From contig JBGSWE010000004.1 in assembly GCA_041752595.1 (NCBI GenBank), positions 23,057 through 87,056 of the forward strand: 64,000 nucleotides of DNA, given 5' to 3'. A program made the position numbers and the translations under genes. Shown piece after piece: positions 55,057-64,000 of the stretch (position 1 is the stretch's first letter; every line of letters starts with the position of its first letter). This DNA comes from Candidatus Saccharimonadales bacterium. Lineage in GTDB: Bacteria; Patescibacteriota; Saccharimonadia; Saccharimonadales; JACDBH01. Below the pieces are notes generated by a model. The model searched no databases. It was given only the letters and a program-made list of their open reading frames with translations, and was not told the origin of the DNA.

Positions 55057-56376
55057 CTATATTTTTGTTTCGGATGAAGAAATATTTGGTAATTGATTAG
55101 CTTCAGAGCGTTGCAGGGTGGTTGCTTGATCAGTTGTGAGGCGAGGTAAATTTATATAAAAAGTACTTCCTTTGCCGACTTCGCTGTCTACCCAAATACG
55201 GCCACGGTACATTTCGACAATTTTGCGACATATGAATAGCCCCAAACCGGTGCCACCAATTGTTCTGGTAGCCGAGTTGTCTACTCTATAAAATTTCTGG
55301 AATAAATGAGGTAAATCCTCTGCTGGAATGCCCGGTCCGGTGTCAGCAACCCTGATTTGTACAACATTGTTGTCGCCAGTTAAACCAATAGAAACTTTTC
55401 CAGTTTCTGTATATTTAACTGCGTTATCAAAAAGGTTTGTTATTACTTCTCTTAGTCTGTCTGGGTCTACGTGTACATAGTACAAGGGTTTAATTACATT
55501 GGTACTGCTGGCATCGATAATACTGTCCTGAGCACCAAGCACAAACTCTATGCCAAGACCCTTGTTTTGGGCCGAAAATTTGAGTGAATCGGTTAGGCCT
55601 TCTAGGTACTGACTCATTTCTACAACACTTGGATGGTTAGTAAGTCGACCATCCTCGGCTTTTGCACTGGTTAGGAGGTCCTGGAATAATTTGCCTAAGT
55701 GTTTTGTGCTGTCGTGGGCCTTTTCTAGGAAACTACGGGCTTTTTCGTCAATATTTACAACTTTGTCATTTAAAGCCAAAGCTAGGTAGCCTTCTATAGC
55801 TGCAACTGGGGTGCGCATTTCGTGAGAAGCAGTGCTTATAAAGTCAGCTCGTTGTTGCTCTTGTTTGCGCTGATTTGAAACATCACGGAAAATACCTACT
55901 GCACCAATTACGTTTTCTTCATCATCTTTAAGCGGTGAAACAGTGATGTTTAGTGACATTGTGGTTTTGGAGCGAGTCTGAAGCACTGCAGTGTTGTCGT
56001 GAACTACCTCTTTTTGTAAAAAGGCTCTAGCAAAAGGATGCTCAGTCTCTAGATAGGCTTCTCCTTTTTCGTTTTGAAGTGTTAGGACGCTTTTATAATC
56101 TATTCCAGTAGCTTCTTTTGGGTCCCAGCCAGTTATTAGTCCGGCTGCCGGGTTAAATAGTTGAATAGTTTTCTCGGCATCCAATAATATGACACCGTCC
56201 TCAATAGAATTAAGAATGATGTCTGACTTTAGCTTTTCGTTACGCAAATTGCTGGCAAGAGCATTAGCTGATCCTGCCTTTGGGTGACTAATATTTTTAC
56301 GTCCACGCCAAAGTAGAAACCCGACAGGCACAAGTATTACGATACTTGCTAGCACGATAACAATAAGGCTAATCAT
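55057..56376 (-). CDS. Sensor histidine kinase (TM-PAS-HisKA-HATPase)
   Basis: It has an N-terminal TM, a PAS-like region, the H-box STASHEMRTPVAAIEGY, the N-box LFDNAVKY, G1 DTGPGI and G2 GGTGLGL. Confidence 0.9.
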   Translation of the reverse strand: MISLIVIVLASIVILVPVGFLLWRGRKNISHPKAGSANALASNLRNEKLKSDIILNSIEDGVILLDAEKTIQLFNPAAGLITGWDPKEATGIDYKSVLTLQNEKGEAYLETEHPFARAFLQKEVVHDNTAVLQTRSKTTMSLNITVSPLKDDEENVIGAVGIFRDVSNQRKQEQQRADFISTASHEMRTPVAAIEGYLALALNDKVVNIDEKARSFLEKAHDSTKHLGKLFQDLLTSAKAEDGRLTNHPSVVEMSQYLEGLTDSLKFSAQNKGLGIEFVLGAQDSIIDASSTNVIKPLYYVHVDPDRLREVITNLFDNAVKYTETGKVSIGLTGDNNVVQIRVADTGPGIPAEDLPHLFQKFYRVDNSATRTIGGTGLGLFICRKIVEMYRGRIWVDSEVGKGSTFYINLPRLTTDQATTLQRSEANQLPNISSSETKI

Positions 56377-56491
56377 AATATGCTTATGATTATGGACGGA
56401 ATAGGTGTTGATTACAACCAGCTACCCTATAAATCTAGTTGTGTACTGATAAGATTGTGCTAATCTGTTTAAAAGGTGAAAAAGTAATAAC

Positions 56492-57289
56492 ATGTCCTAC
56501 GAGAATTATGAAAGAAGAGTTGATTTTTATAATTATGCTATAGGTTCTGCTCAGGAAGTATTGGGTCATCCCGATATTGATGCGCCCGACCACCCTTATT
56601 TGCCATGGCTTTCTAGAATGCTCGATGATGCCCCTATGGTAGTACCCGATAGGCAAAACGGCGTATTATATTGTGCTGATGCTATTGACGCAGTTAATTC
56701 TCGTGTGGCATTGTTGCCATTATTACCCGTTGATTGTAGACCTAATGTAGATGAAGCATATTTTACTACAGCGTCACTTAGTGTTCGAGAAGATAGTGCC
56801 ATACCGTTATTGCGGCGTTTATTTAGCGATAATGCTGCTTCTGCCATGCTTGATAGAAGGATTAAGTTGCCGCTAGTTACCTTATCTCCAGTACTCGCAA
56901 AACGAGGTAAAATACAGTTAGGCATTACACTAGCTCATGAGCTAGACCATATTCATAGAATGTTGCAGCAAGATGAACTATTTTGGCATGGTCCAGAAAG
57001 TGCTAGTACACACACAATGCTTGAAGTTGCCGCCTATAGACTAGAAGAAAAGCTTTATGAAGCTCATGAGCCAGAAACTTATGAATCAGAAAAAACAAAA
57101 ATAGAAAAACGTTATAAGACTAGAGACTTAAGTTATAGATATCGTTCTAGGGACACAGATCGCCACCTGCGCAGCATGAGATCAACGGCTTTTATAAATT
57201 TTATGCTGGATAGCCTGGGGGTGGAAGTTGGCACAAAACCAGGCCGCAAACTAATGCGCGCCATGAAGGATCAGGAACTACTAGCCTGA
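56492..57289 (+). CDS. Hypothetical HExxH protein (possible zinc metallopeptidase)
   Basis: LAHELDHIHRM has a candidate third ligand in MLEVAAY. There is no signal peptide. Confidence 0.4.
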   Translation: MSYENYERRVDFYNYAIGSAQEVLGHPDIDAPDHPYLPWLSRMLDDAPMVVPDRQNGVLYCADAIDAVNSRVALLPLLPVDCRPNVDEAYFTTASLSVREDSAIPLLRRLFSDNAASAMLDRRIKLPLVTLSPVLAKRGKIQLGITLAHELDHIHRMLQQDELFWHGPESASTHTMLEVAAYRLEEKLYEAHEPETYESEKTKIEKRYKTRDLSYRYRSRDTDRHLRSMRSTAFINFMLDSLGVEVGTKPGRKLMRAMKDQELLA

Positions 57290-57320
57290 TATTAAACGAC
57301 TAGTTTTATTACAAAATAAA

Positions 57321-57395
57321 TGGTGACCTCACCGGGAATCGAACCCGGATTGCCAGGATGAGAACCTGGTGTCCTAACCGTTAGACGACAAGGCC
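57321..57395 (-). tRNA. tRNA-Glu (anticodon CUC), CCA encoded
   Basis: Hand-folded cloverleaf: GGCCTTG tc GTCT aacggtta GGAC a CCAGG ttCTCat CCTGG caat CCGGG ttcgatt CCCGG TGAGGTC a CCA. It is 75 nt long. Confidence 0.9.
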
Positions 57396-57474
57396 ATAAA
57401 AGACCAAACAATCCTACCATAACAGAGGTGATTTGTCTATCTATGCCGCTAAATTATTAGTTATTTCGATTAGC

Positions 57475-58524
57475 TTATGATTTTTTATAGACAGTAATCC
57501 AGTCGACTTGAATATGGCCTTCTGAATTTTCTGGGGTTACTTCGCCACTCAATGTTGTTTCTGTTTGCAAAATATATCGCATTGGGGTGTTAGGAATTCT
57601 TTCGGTCCATTCACTTTTACCACCCGATGCATTGGTTATTAAATTGCCGTTTAAGAAGAATGAGGTTTTATCTGGCCCCCACTCTATTACGGCCGTATTC
57701 CAATCGGTATAAACTGCATTAGTTATAGCATAATATTGGTCGCTACCCAGCGTAGCATCTTGTTTATGCAAGAAACCAAAAATTTTTCCATTTAAGTTTC
57801 CCTCGGGGAAATCTATTTCTCCATCTCTTGGCCATACATTGCTTTTTGGCCATAAAAGCCATGCTGTTTTGTATCCTGCTGCATTATTAACCATTCGAGT
57901 GGGGTCTAAACGAAATCTAACAGCGTATCTACCGTATAGCTGGCCATTTACTCCATTGGGTCCAGTTGCATTCGGTCCATTTATCTTTGGTTCAGGCGCC
58001 GCTACTAATCGTCTTTTTGCACCATCTACTAGTTCTGTGTGTACCCAAATATCCATCATGCTGTCAGAGATAGATATAGTTTTTCCTGGGTGATACCAGC
58101 CACCAACGGTTTTATCATTACTACCTTGACCCCTAGTATCACGATATGGATATGGGTAACCACCCCATTTATCTGATACCGCTGTAGGGAAACTACCCAA
58201 AGGAACATTAGTATTAAAATCATCAGTAAATATTTGTTGCCAACCAGGTAGATCACCTGTCGGCATTGGTTCTCCTGAAGGAGATGGATTAGGCGCAGGT
58301 GTGGTTGTTTGTTTATATTCCAAATAACTCCCACCAGAAGCGGTTGTGTCAGCAACTACCGATGTACTTTGATTTGTTTGAGATGTTTCTGCCTCAAAAA
58401 TTATAGCTGCAGGTGCGGCAGCTTTGATGACAGCTAAAAAACTAAAAATTGATAAAAGAATAATAAAAATTAAGATATATGTTTTGTTTTTTGTAATTAG
58501 TTTCATAAATGCATTGTATGTCAT
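57475..58524 (-). CDS. Secreted glycoside hydrolase family 16 (laminarinase/beta-glucanase-like)
   Basis: The catalytic motif WPRDGEIDFPE fits E-[ILV]-D-x-x-E. It carries the signal anchor plus the shared leader module, and its ATG overlaps the upstream stop (ATGA). Confidence 0.78.
   Translation of the reverse strand: MTYNAFMKLITKNKTYILIFIILLSIFSFLAVIKAAAPAAIIFEAETSQTNQSTSVVADTTASGGSYLEYKQTTTPAPNPSPSGEPMPTGDLPGWQQIFTDDFNTNVPLGSFPTAVSDKWGGYPYPYRDTRGQGSNDKTVGGWYHPGKTISISDSMMDIWVHTELVDGAKRRLVAAPEPKINGPNATGPNGVNGQLYGRYAVRFRLDPTRMVNNAAGYKTAWLLWPKSNVWPRDGEIDFPEGNLNGKIFGFLHKQDATLGSDQYYAITNAVYTDWNTAVIEWGPDKTSFFLNGNLITNASGGKSEWTERIPNTPMRYILQTETTLSGEVTPENSEGHIQVDWITVYKKS
58327..58524 (-). repeat. Shared leader module, copy 1 (signal anchor plus EAE..SQT.QS.SVVAD.TASGGS)
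   Basis: About 80% DNA identity by eye over ~150 bp to 61307-61501. The rest of the two genes is unrelated. Confidence 0.7.
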
Positions 58525-60371
58525 AGGGTAGTTATATTATTTGTAACAAGTAGTACGGCATCCTGGGGTGAAATTGTGATTTGTCCGCTTACTATTGTTG
58601 GGTTTCCGTTTACATCAATTTTATACATCGGTCTACTTAAATTATATGTTTTACTTGTGGTGCTTGAATTAACAACTACCATCCCATTACTAAACACTCT
58701 TTCATATAAGTTAGTTGTACCAGATACTAATACTTCATTTAGATTTTCTGGATTTTTGAGCGGTGTGCCAAAGTTATAAAACATCATTTCATCTGGTCTT
58801 GTTACTCCCCATAACCCGCCGTATTGATACTTGTCATTTGTAGGCTCAAGTGCAAGGAGTAGTGAACCATAAGCAAATCTCTTGTATTGATCTACGTTAC
58901 CAGAAAAGTCATAGTTCCAACGAACCCAATAACCTGCGGGCCAGTTACCATTTTGGATTTTGAAGTTTTGATCCATTGCTGCTACATAATCAACGTTCCA
59001 TCCATCGTCGATCTTCATCCAGTGTTCCAGCATGCCTAAATCATAAGTGTCAGACAGTAACCCGTTTATACAGCTATTGTTTCGTTCGTTTGAATCGCCA
59101 AAAAAGTTATTGCCTGCAAATTTAACGCTAGGTAATTGTTGCCTTAAACCGGCTAATTTTTGCTTTTGGTATTCACCCCATTGATCGCGGGATATTTTGT
59201 TATCAATATCTTCACTCCAGTTAGTGACGTTACTACCACTAGAAGAAGCGTTATTATATTGATAACAACTAGAGACATCTAAATGAATTGTATTGTAGCC
59301 ACTTAAATTCACTCCAAAACTTGCTTTTATTCGGTTTGCAATCCAAGTAAAGCCCTCGGGCTTCCAAATTTTAATTGAATATCTAAGTGCCTTGTTAGGG
59401 CTATTTACGTTTGGTGAACCCGCAAGTGATTGATCGGAAAGCGCAGCAGTAGTGTTTCCAATATATGTCGGTGAAAAAACCCTAGAATTGGAGCTGTGAG
59501 GTGACTGTCCGGTATTAAATTGGCCACGTTCAACACCAAAGCTTACTATTCCGTTGTTTAGTGTAGGGTTTGTTGTAATCTTAAGAATCTCATTTTCAAT
59601 GCGAATCCAGGAAATATAATCTGCCGTACTATCGGAATAGCCGTTGCTATTAAGATCTTTTGAGTTTATAAACGGCCATGTTTCAGCGACTCCCGAAGGT
59701 CTATTTGATATTTGCGAAATACTAACTGTCGAAGAATTAGTGTTTATGTCCTGAGTTAAGCGACTTTCTTGAGAGTTATTATTGCCAGTAGTTGTGGTAG
59801 AGTAATTTCCTGGCCAAAACATACCTATTGCAAGAGGTGAAGTTTGTTCAAGGTTTTTTGCCTCATAAAACAAAGCATTGCTAGTACCCGAAGCCTGGCT
59901 TACATAAGAGCCATTCCTATACTGACTAGACATTAGCCCAAAGTCGCTAAGTCTTTGAGCAAAAGTTTTACCATTATTAAAAGAATTTTGTCCGAGCGAA
60001 AATGAGGCTGGATCACTTGCCTCGCCATGAATATGTTTATACCACTGAGCTAACTGTTGCACGCCGATGTCACTGTTTACCTGTTTTGCTTCTCCCGCAT
60101 TATTTACCTCACTAAACAAGTTAACAAATGGTTTATCTTGTGGCTGAGGAACCGAATTAAATTCCAAATAACTTCCCCCAGAAGCGTTTGAATCAGCAAC
60201 TACAGAAGCATTTTGGGTGGTTTGAGCAGATTCTGTTTCTACAGATACGCTACTAAGTACTGATGATTGAGCTACTACCCCAACCGTGACTAATAACAAC
60301 AACAACAAAACAAGAATGATAACTGCGTTGTTTCTTCTATTTGTTCGGAAAATATTATTTTTCATATTCAA
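58521..60371 (-). CDS. Secreted 616-aa protein, possibly a glycoside-hydrolase-like TIM-barrel enzyme
   Basis: It has a signal anchor and a diverged copy of the leader module (VETESAQTTQNASVVADSNASGGSYLEF). The body is Asn/Ser/Trp/Tyr-rich. I found no confident catalytic motif. Confidence 0.4.
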   Translation of the reverse strand: MNMKNNIFRTNRRNNAVIILVLLLLLLVTVGVVAQSSVLSSVSVETESAQTTQNASVVADSNASGGSYLEFNSVPQPQDKPFVNLFSEVNNAGEAKQVNSDIGVQQLAQWYKHIHGEASDPASFSLGQNSFNNGKTFAQRLSDFGLMSSQYRNGSYVSQASGTSNALFYEAKNLEQTSPLAIGMFWPGNYSTTTTGNNNSQESRLTQDINTNSSTVSISQISNRPSGVAETWPFINSKDLNSNGYSDSTADYISWIRIENEILKITTNPTLNNGIVSFGVERGQFNTGQSPHSSNSRVFSPTYIGNTTAALSDQSLAGSPNVNSPNKALRYSIKIWKPEGFTWIANRIKASFGVNLSGYNTIHLDVSSCYQYNNASSSGSNVTNWSEDIDNKISRDQWGEYQKQKLAGLRQQLPSVKFAGNNFFGDSNERNNSCINGLLSDTYDLGMLEHWMKIDDGWNVDYVAAMDQNFKIQNGNWPAGYWVRWNYDFSGNVDQYKRFAYGSLLLALEPTNDKYQYGGLWGVTRPDEMMFYNFGTPLKNPENLNEVLVSGTTNLYERVFSNGMVVVNSSTTSKTYNLSRPMYKIDVNGNPTIVSGQITISPQDAVLLVTNNITTL

Positions 60372-60412
60372 AATCTAAATAAAATAATTGATAAATCAAG
60401 CTCCACGAATCG

Positions 60413-61501
60413 TTAGAGTTCATTAATTACGGCTCCCCTACCGTCTGGTTTGGTGGCATCGTATTTATAATTTTCAGTCCACTGAGCCCAGCCTGGTCCG
60501 CCACTAGTGTAGCCGGCGCCGTAGCCAGTACTAGTAAAACGATTATTTATAGCCTTCATATTTGCGCCGTATAGGTTGAAATTGTACTCGAGGATCAGCT
60601 GGTAACCACCTCCGAGAAGATAGTTATTCTCAACTGTAACGTTGTTAATGAAGCCGCCATAAGGCTGAATAAACAATGAGCCAGTATCGTTGCCTGAGTC
60701 AATCTTAAAATAATTACCACGTACGGCCATAGAGCGGTTCGGGTTGGAACTAGTCGCGTAGTCACGAACTGTGAAGCTTTCATTATGCGAGCCGGTTGTC
60801 GCGCCATCACCGTAAGCGCGCAGCTTTTCGACATAGTTATTAATAGCATTTGCGGTATATGTAGTACCGGTATTATAAAAGGCTATGCCAGTACCCATGT
60901 CATGAATATAATTTCTCTCAAGGATGCCTACACCCATAAACGCTGCAGAGTAGGCGACTGTCTGATTTGTCATAAGCGAGCCGTCAAACTCGGAATCGGT
61001 GATCGTTACCTGTCCGGCCGCTTTGGTATCGGGGGCGTTAGGATTCCAGGTGGTTACAATGCCGTATGGCCCGTTTGAAGTCGGCTTAAAACAGCTTTTG
61101 GTGATAGTGATCGTACCACTGTACAAATAAACTGGAAACGTGAAACGCCTGCCTGTGATAACACTTCCCGCTGGGATAACTTCTGGGCCCGCGTAGGCTG
61201 GAAGTGAGTTGCAAGTAGTACCAAACGGAGCTAAACCGATATTTGTCGGATTAATTTCCCAGCCTTTAAATTCGGTCGATGAAGAATTGGAAGCGAATAT
61301 CATGGCACTCCCGCCTGAAGCCGTTGCATCAGCAACAACTGAACTACTTTGACTTGTTTGAGACGATTCTGCCTCAATAATTACAGCTGCCGGTGCTGCT
61401 GCTTTGATCACAACAAAAATACTAAAAATTGAAATAACAACAATAAAAACTATATATTTTCTGTTTCTCTGCGTGATTATAGAAAATACATAGTTTTTCA
61501 T
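60413..61501 (-). CDS. Secreted right-handed beta-helix-like protein (pectate-lyase-fold, putative polysaccharide-active)
   Basis: It carries the signal anchor plus leader module. Periodic N-x-[IVF] turns are visible (RNYIHDMGTGIAFYN, INNYVEKL, RGNYFKID, VENNYLLGG, INNRFTS). Confidence 0.45.
   Translation of the reverse strand: MKNYVFSIITQRNRKYIVFIVVISIFSIFVVIKAAAPAAVIIEAESSQTSQSSSVVADATASGGSAMIFASNSSSTEFKGWEINPTNIGLAPFGTTCNSLPAYAGPEVIPAGSVITGRRFTFPVYLYSGTITITKSCFKPTSNGPYGIVTTWNPNAPDTKAAGQVTITDSEFDGSLMTNQTVAYSAAFMGVGILERNYIHDMGTGIAFYNTGTTYTANAINNYVEKLRAYGDGATTGSHNESFTVRDYATSSNPNRSMAVRGNYFKIDSGNDTGSLFIQPYGGFINNVTVENNYLLGGGYQLILEYNFNLYGANMKAINNRFTSTGYGAGYTSGGPGWAQWTENYKYDATKPDGRGAVINEL
61307..61501 (-). 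repeat. Shared leader module, copy 2
   Basis: See 58327-58524. The protein segment is IKAAAPAAVIIEAESSQTSQSSSVVADATASGGS. Confidence 0.7.
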
Positions 61502-61502
61502 A

Positions 61503-61901
61503 TTAAAATTCTAATTTGTCTAAGTAGGCTACTAGTTCCTTAGGGGTTATTGCTGCTTTTATGAGATAACCATCGGCGCGGCTTTCTACCTCAGTCTTGG
61601 TCTTATCATCTTGGTCTAGATTGGTGGTGATAATAATTTTGCTTTTGAAATTAGCCGAAGTATTTGGATCACGCAGGGCGCGCAGTACTTCCATACCAGT
61701 TAGACCAGGAATCATGAGATCTAATAGAATAATGTCATATTCGTTTGTTTGGGCGACTTGTAACCCGTCCGTACCATTTAAAACCACAGTTGCGCTATAA
61801 CCAGCTTTTCTTAGTGCTCGTTCGTAGAGTTCACCAATGAAGTACTCGTCTTCAATACACAGTACTTTTTTACCTGCTGCTTTTTGTGGTGTTTCTGTCA
61901 T
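61503..61901 (-). CDS. Single-domain response regulator (receiver only)
   Basis: It has VLCIEDEY, DIILLDLMIPGLTG, ITTN and LIKA. There is no output domain. Its stop lies 1 nt before the next gene's ATG. Confidence 0.9.
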   Translation of the reverse strand: MTETPQKAAGKKVLCIEDEYFIGELYERALRKAGYSATVVLNGTDGLQVAQTNEYDIILLDLMIPGLTGMEVLRALRDPNTSANFKSKIIITTNLDQDDKTKTEVESRADGYLIKAAITPKELVAYLDKLEF

Positions 61902-61906
61902 ATTTT

Positions 61907-63442
61907 TTATCTTCGATACATTGAATGATTTTTGATCCAGCCGCTTGCCTGGCGTTCTATGCCATCTGGGTTGACTGCACCATCTTGTTTAATATTAGCA
62001 TAAGTAATAATAGAAAAACCAAATTTACTTCCCTGACCTTCTTTACTATTTACCCACACTTGACCACCATGGGCAGTGATTATGGATTTGACCAAGTAAA
62101 GCCCAAGTCCACTACCACCGACAGCACTCTTAGACCTGTGTGATCTATAAAATTTGGCAAACAACTCCGCTACGGTGCTTTCTGGCATGCCTGGACCAAA
62201 GTCTTCTACCACAGTTTCTATGTTACCAGATTTGCCTAAATGACTATGAACAATTATACGATTGCCCTGTCCGCTATATTTAATGGCGTTATCAATTAAA
62301 TTACTAACGACTTCGTAAATACTAATCCTATCAATTCCAACAGTTGGTAAGTTTGGATCGATGTCTAGTTCGATTGTTTTGCCGCGCACGCTCGCCCGCA
62401 GCTCTAGATCTTTAACAATTGCCGGCAATACCTCGTTCCAATTGGCCTCATTTAAATTAAGCGTCATTTGGTTTTGATCGACACGAGCCACATTTAGAAT
62501 ATTGCTAACAAAAGCAGTTAATGACTGAGCAGCGGCACTCATCTTACGCATAAATTCTTTGTGTTCAGGCGTTAAATCATCACCTAATTCATCCTCGAAT
62601 ACCTCTATGTAGCCGCGCAAAATAGTCAGTGGCGTTCTGAGTTCATGTACAGCAAGCGCAACATAGCTATTGGCCTCGTCTTGCTTGTCGTAACTGGGGG
62701 TATGGTCAAATAATGCCATTACTACTTCGTTATCATCCGTGTCGTCACGGCTAAAAGTGGCCGCCATATCAAACTGCTTTTCTGCTTTTTGACCATCCAG
62801 GTTTACCCTAACATGTTCCCAGCTTCTACTATCAGTTGCTCTAGTGCTACTGGCCGATGTAAGCCATTTATCAAAAGTGTCATCTGTACTAAACGACATC
62901 CTGAGAACGTCATAAACTGATTTGCCTATAAACTTATCTTTACTTAGCCCCAAAAAGTTACTAGCCGCTGTATTGCCACCTGTAATCACCTGCTCTTTAT
63001 TTAGAACAAATAGCGCTAATGGTACTTGATCAAGTAAATTATTATTATTAATTACCACTGACTCACTATCTGTTGGGGCAGATTCGGCGCGACTATTACT
63101 TGCCAGTTCGTAAATTTGCATTACTATTGCGCTCACAAGCTCTCGACCATATTTGAAATCATCTAATTTAGGTGGCGGTGTATCACTTTTGTTTGGGGAT
63201 ACATGCCAAACTGCTTGCCAGATTTTTTCGACTGGTCTAACCGAAAGTGAGTTAAGTAAAAAAAACGCGCTTACACTGCTGATGATAAAGACAACTATTA
63301 CCGCTAATACAACAAGCATCGGTTCGACGCCCAACATCTCCCTGCCGCCAATATAAATTGCGATACTAATAAAACCTGGCAAAAATACAGCAAAAAAGTT
63401 GAGATTTGTTAATTGTTGTTTGTACTTATTTAAATGGTTCAT
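61907..63442 (-). CDS. Sensor histidine kinase (2 TM-PAS-HisKA-HATPase)
   Basis: It has the H-box LAVHELRTPLTILRGY, the N-box LIDNAIKY, G1 DFGPGM and G2 GGSGLGL. Confidence 0.9.
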   Translation of the reverse strand: MNHLNKYKQQLTNLNFFAVFLPGFISIAIYIGGREMLGVEPMLVVLAVIVVFIISSVSAFFLLNSLSVRPVEKIWQAVWHVSPNKSDTPPPKLDDFKYGRELVSAIVMQIYELASNSRAESAPTDSESVVINNNNLLDQVPLALFVLNKEQVITGGNTAASNFLGLSKDKFIGKSVYDVLRMSFSTDDTFDKWLTSASSTRATDSRSWEHVRVNLDGQKAEKQFDMAATFSRDDTDDNEVVMALFDHTPSYDKQDEANSYVALAVHELRTPLTILRGYIEVFEDELGDDLTPEHKEFMRKMSAAAQSLTAFVSNILNVARVDQNQMTLNLNEANWNEVLPAIVKDLELRASVRGKTIELDIDPNLPTVGIDRISIYEVVSNLIDNAIKYSGQGNRIIVHSHLGKSGNIETVVEDFGPGMPESTVAELFAKFYRSHRSKSAVGGSGLGLYLVKSIITAHGGQVWVNSKEGQGSKFGFSIITYANIKQDGAVNPDGIERQASGWIKNHSMYRR

Positions 63443-63543
63443 ATTGCTTGAAATTGCTTATGCTTACTAATTATTGTACTCCCTGGCGTAACGATTAGTA
63501 CTATTTTAGTTTGAAACTAATTTAGAACTGATCTTAACTATTT

Positions 63544-63999
63544 TCATTGAATAGTCACACTATCGGCTTTATCTATCATCGTAAACCAGGTTTGGCCTGG
63601 ATTAAGTTTGATAGGAGCACCTGCTGCATCGGTTATTTGCCACTGCGCACTTCTACTTGCTTTTGCCCAGGTTCCTTTGGTGACAACACCATCCTGAAAA
63701 ACAAAAACCTGTCCAGATCCAACCGTGCCATATCGAGTATGCACCCTGTCTGGGTGGATTCCCTTGGTCATGACCGGGACAATAACTACATTTGGCGCAA
63801 GTTGTGTACCCGATTCGGCATCGACATGTGGTGTGCCGCCCTGCGCTCGCAAATATGTATTGCTAGCTTTGTCATAAGTGAAAACTACATTATATAAAGC
63901 ACTCGAAATCTTAAGATTTACTACATTTGCGGTGGCTACCTCCGCAGGAGCGGCTTCTTTGCGTGGAAGTCCTGTATAGGCTGGGTTTTTGTAACCACG
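63544..63999 (-). CDS. DUF3048-like protein, C-terminal part; the 5' end lies outside the window
   Basis: The frame is open to the window edge. FTYDKASNTYLRAQGGTPHVDAESGTQLAPNVVIV...VGSGQVFVFQDGVVTKGTWAK...LNPGQTWF fits the DUF3048 C-terminal pattern by eye. Confidence 0.55.
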   Translation of the reverse strand, partial: RGYKNPAYTGLPRKEAAPAEVATANVVNLKISSALYNVVFTYDKASNTYLRAQGGTPHVDAESGTQLAPNVVIVPVMTKGIHPDRVHTRYGTVGSGQVFVFQDGVVTKGTWAKASRSAQWQITDAAGAPIKLNPGQTWFTMIDKADSVTIQ

Positions 64000-64000
64000 T

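Noticed and set aside
57290-57474. tRNA-Glu as a possible genomic-island integration site for the adjacent enzyme operon.
   Set aside because: There is no integrase, no duplicated tRNA 3' segment and no flanking direct repeats in the window. The tRNA is simply co-oriented downstream of the operon.

Overview
The window is a dense, mostly housekeeping stretch of a small, AT-leaning bacterial genome. By eye the gene repertoire looks like Patescibacteria/CPR, most like Saccharibacteria, but that is inference only because no search was possible.

Gene order, + strand unless noted:
- Partial PD-(D/E)XK nuclease, serS, hpf, secA, M16 peptidase, prfB, and a surface protein.
- ftsE-ftsX, a coiled-coil CHAP hydrolase and an S41 protease, then pyrG, an orphan receiver and a HExxH protein.
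- rpmA and a methyltransferase (-), then a UPF0104 membrane protein, xseA-xseB and a methyltransferase.
- A degenerate kinase/receiver pair, recO, glyQS, and a NYN protein with a Pif1-like helicase.
- A GH1 glycosidase and a GNAT-YvcK fusion.
- A minimal dcw block: mraZ-rsmH-ftsL-ftsI-ftsW-murG-ftsQ.
- A minus-strand block: FtsK/HerA/T4CP-like ATPase, sigma-region-4/HARE-HTH protein, free alpha-CTD-like protein, topA, truncated dprA, pth, a DUF3592-like protein and der.
- A transglutaminase-like protein.
- A minus-strand pseudouridine synthase plus a kinase/receiver operon.
- tRNA-Glu(CUC).
- A minus-strand five-gene operon: kinase, receiver, and three secreted enzymes that share one leader module.

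I saw no transposase, integrase, CRISPR array or rRNA.

Observations most worth a second look:
1. A ~410-nt, promoter-to-hairpin, heavily structured non-coding locus beside a decayed dprA.
2. The secreted-enzyme operon with its duplicated leader.
3. A kinase/receiver pair in which both phospho-acceptor residues appear replaced by Glu.
4. Shared heptad-repeat arrays in front of two unrelated genes.

All functional calls come from motifs read by eye in the supplied translations. No database search was run.
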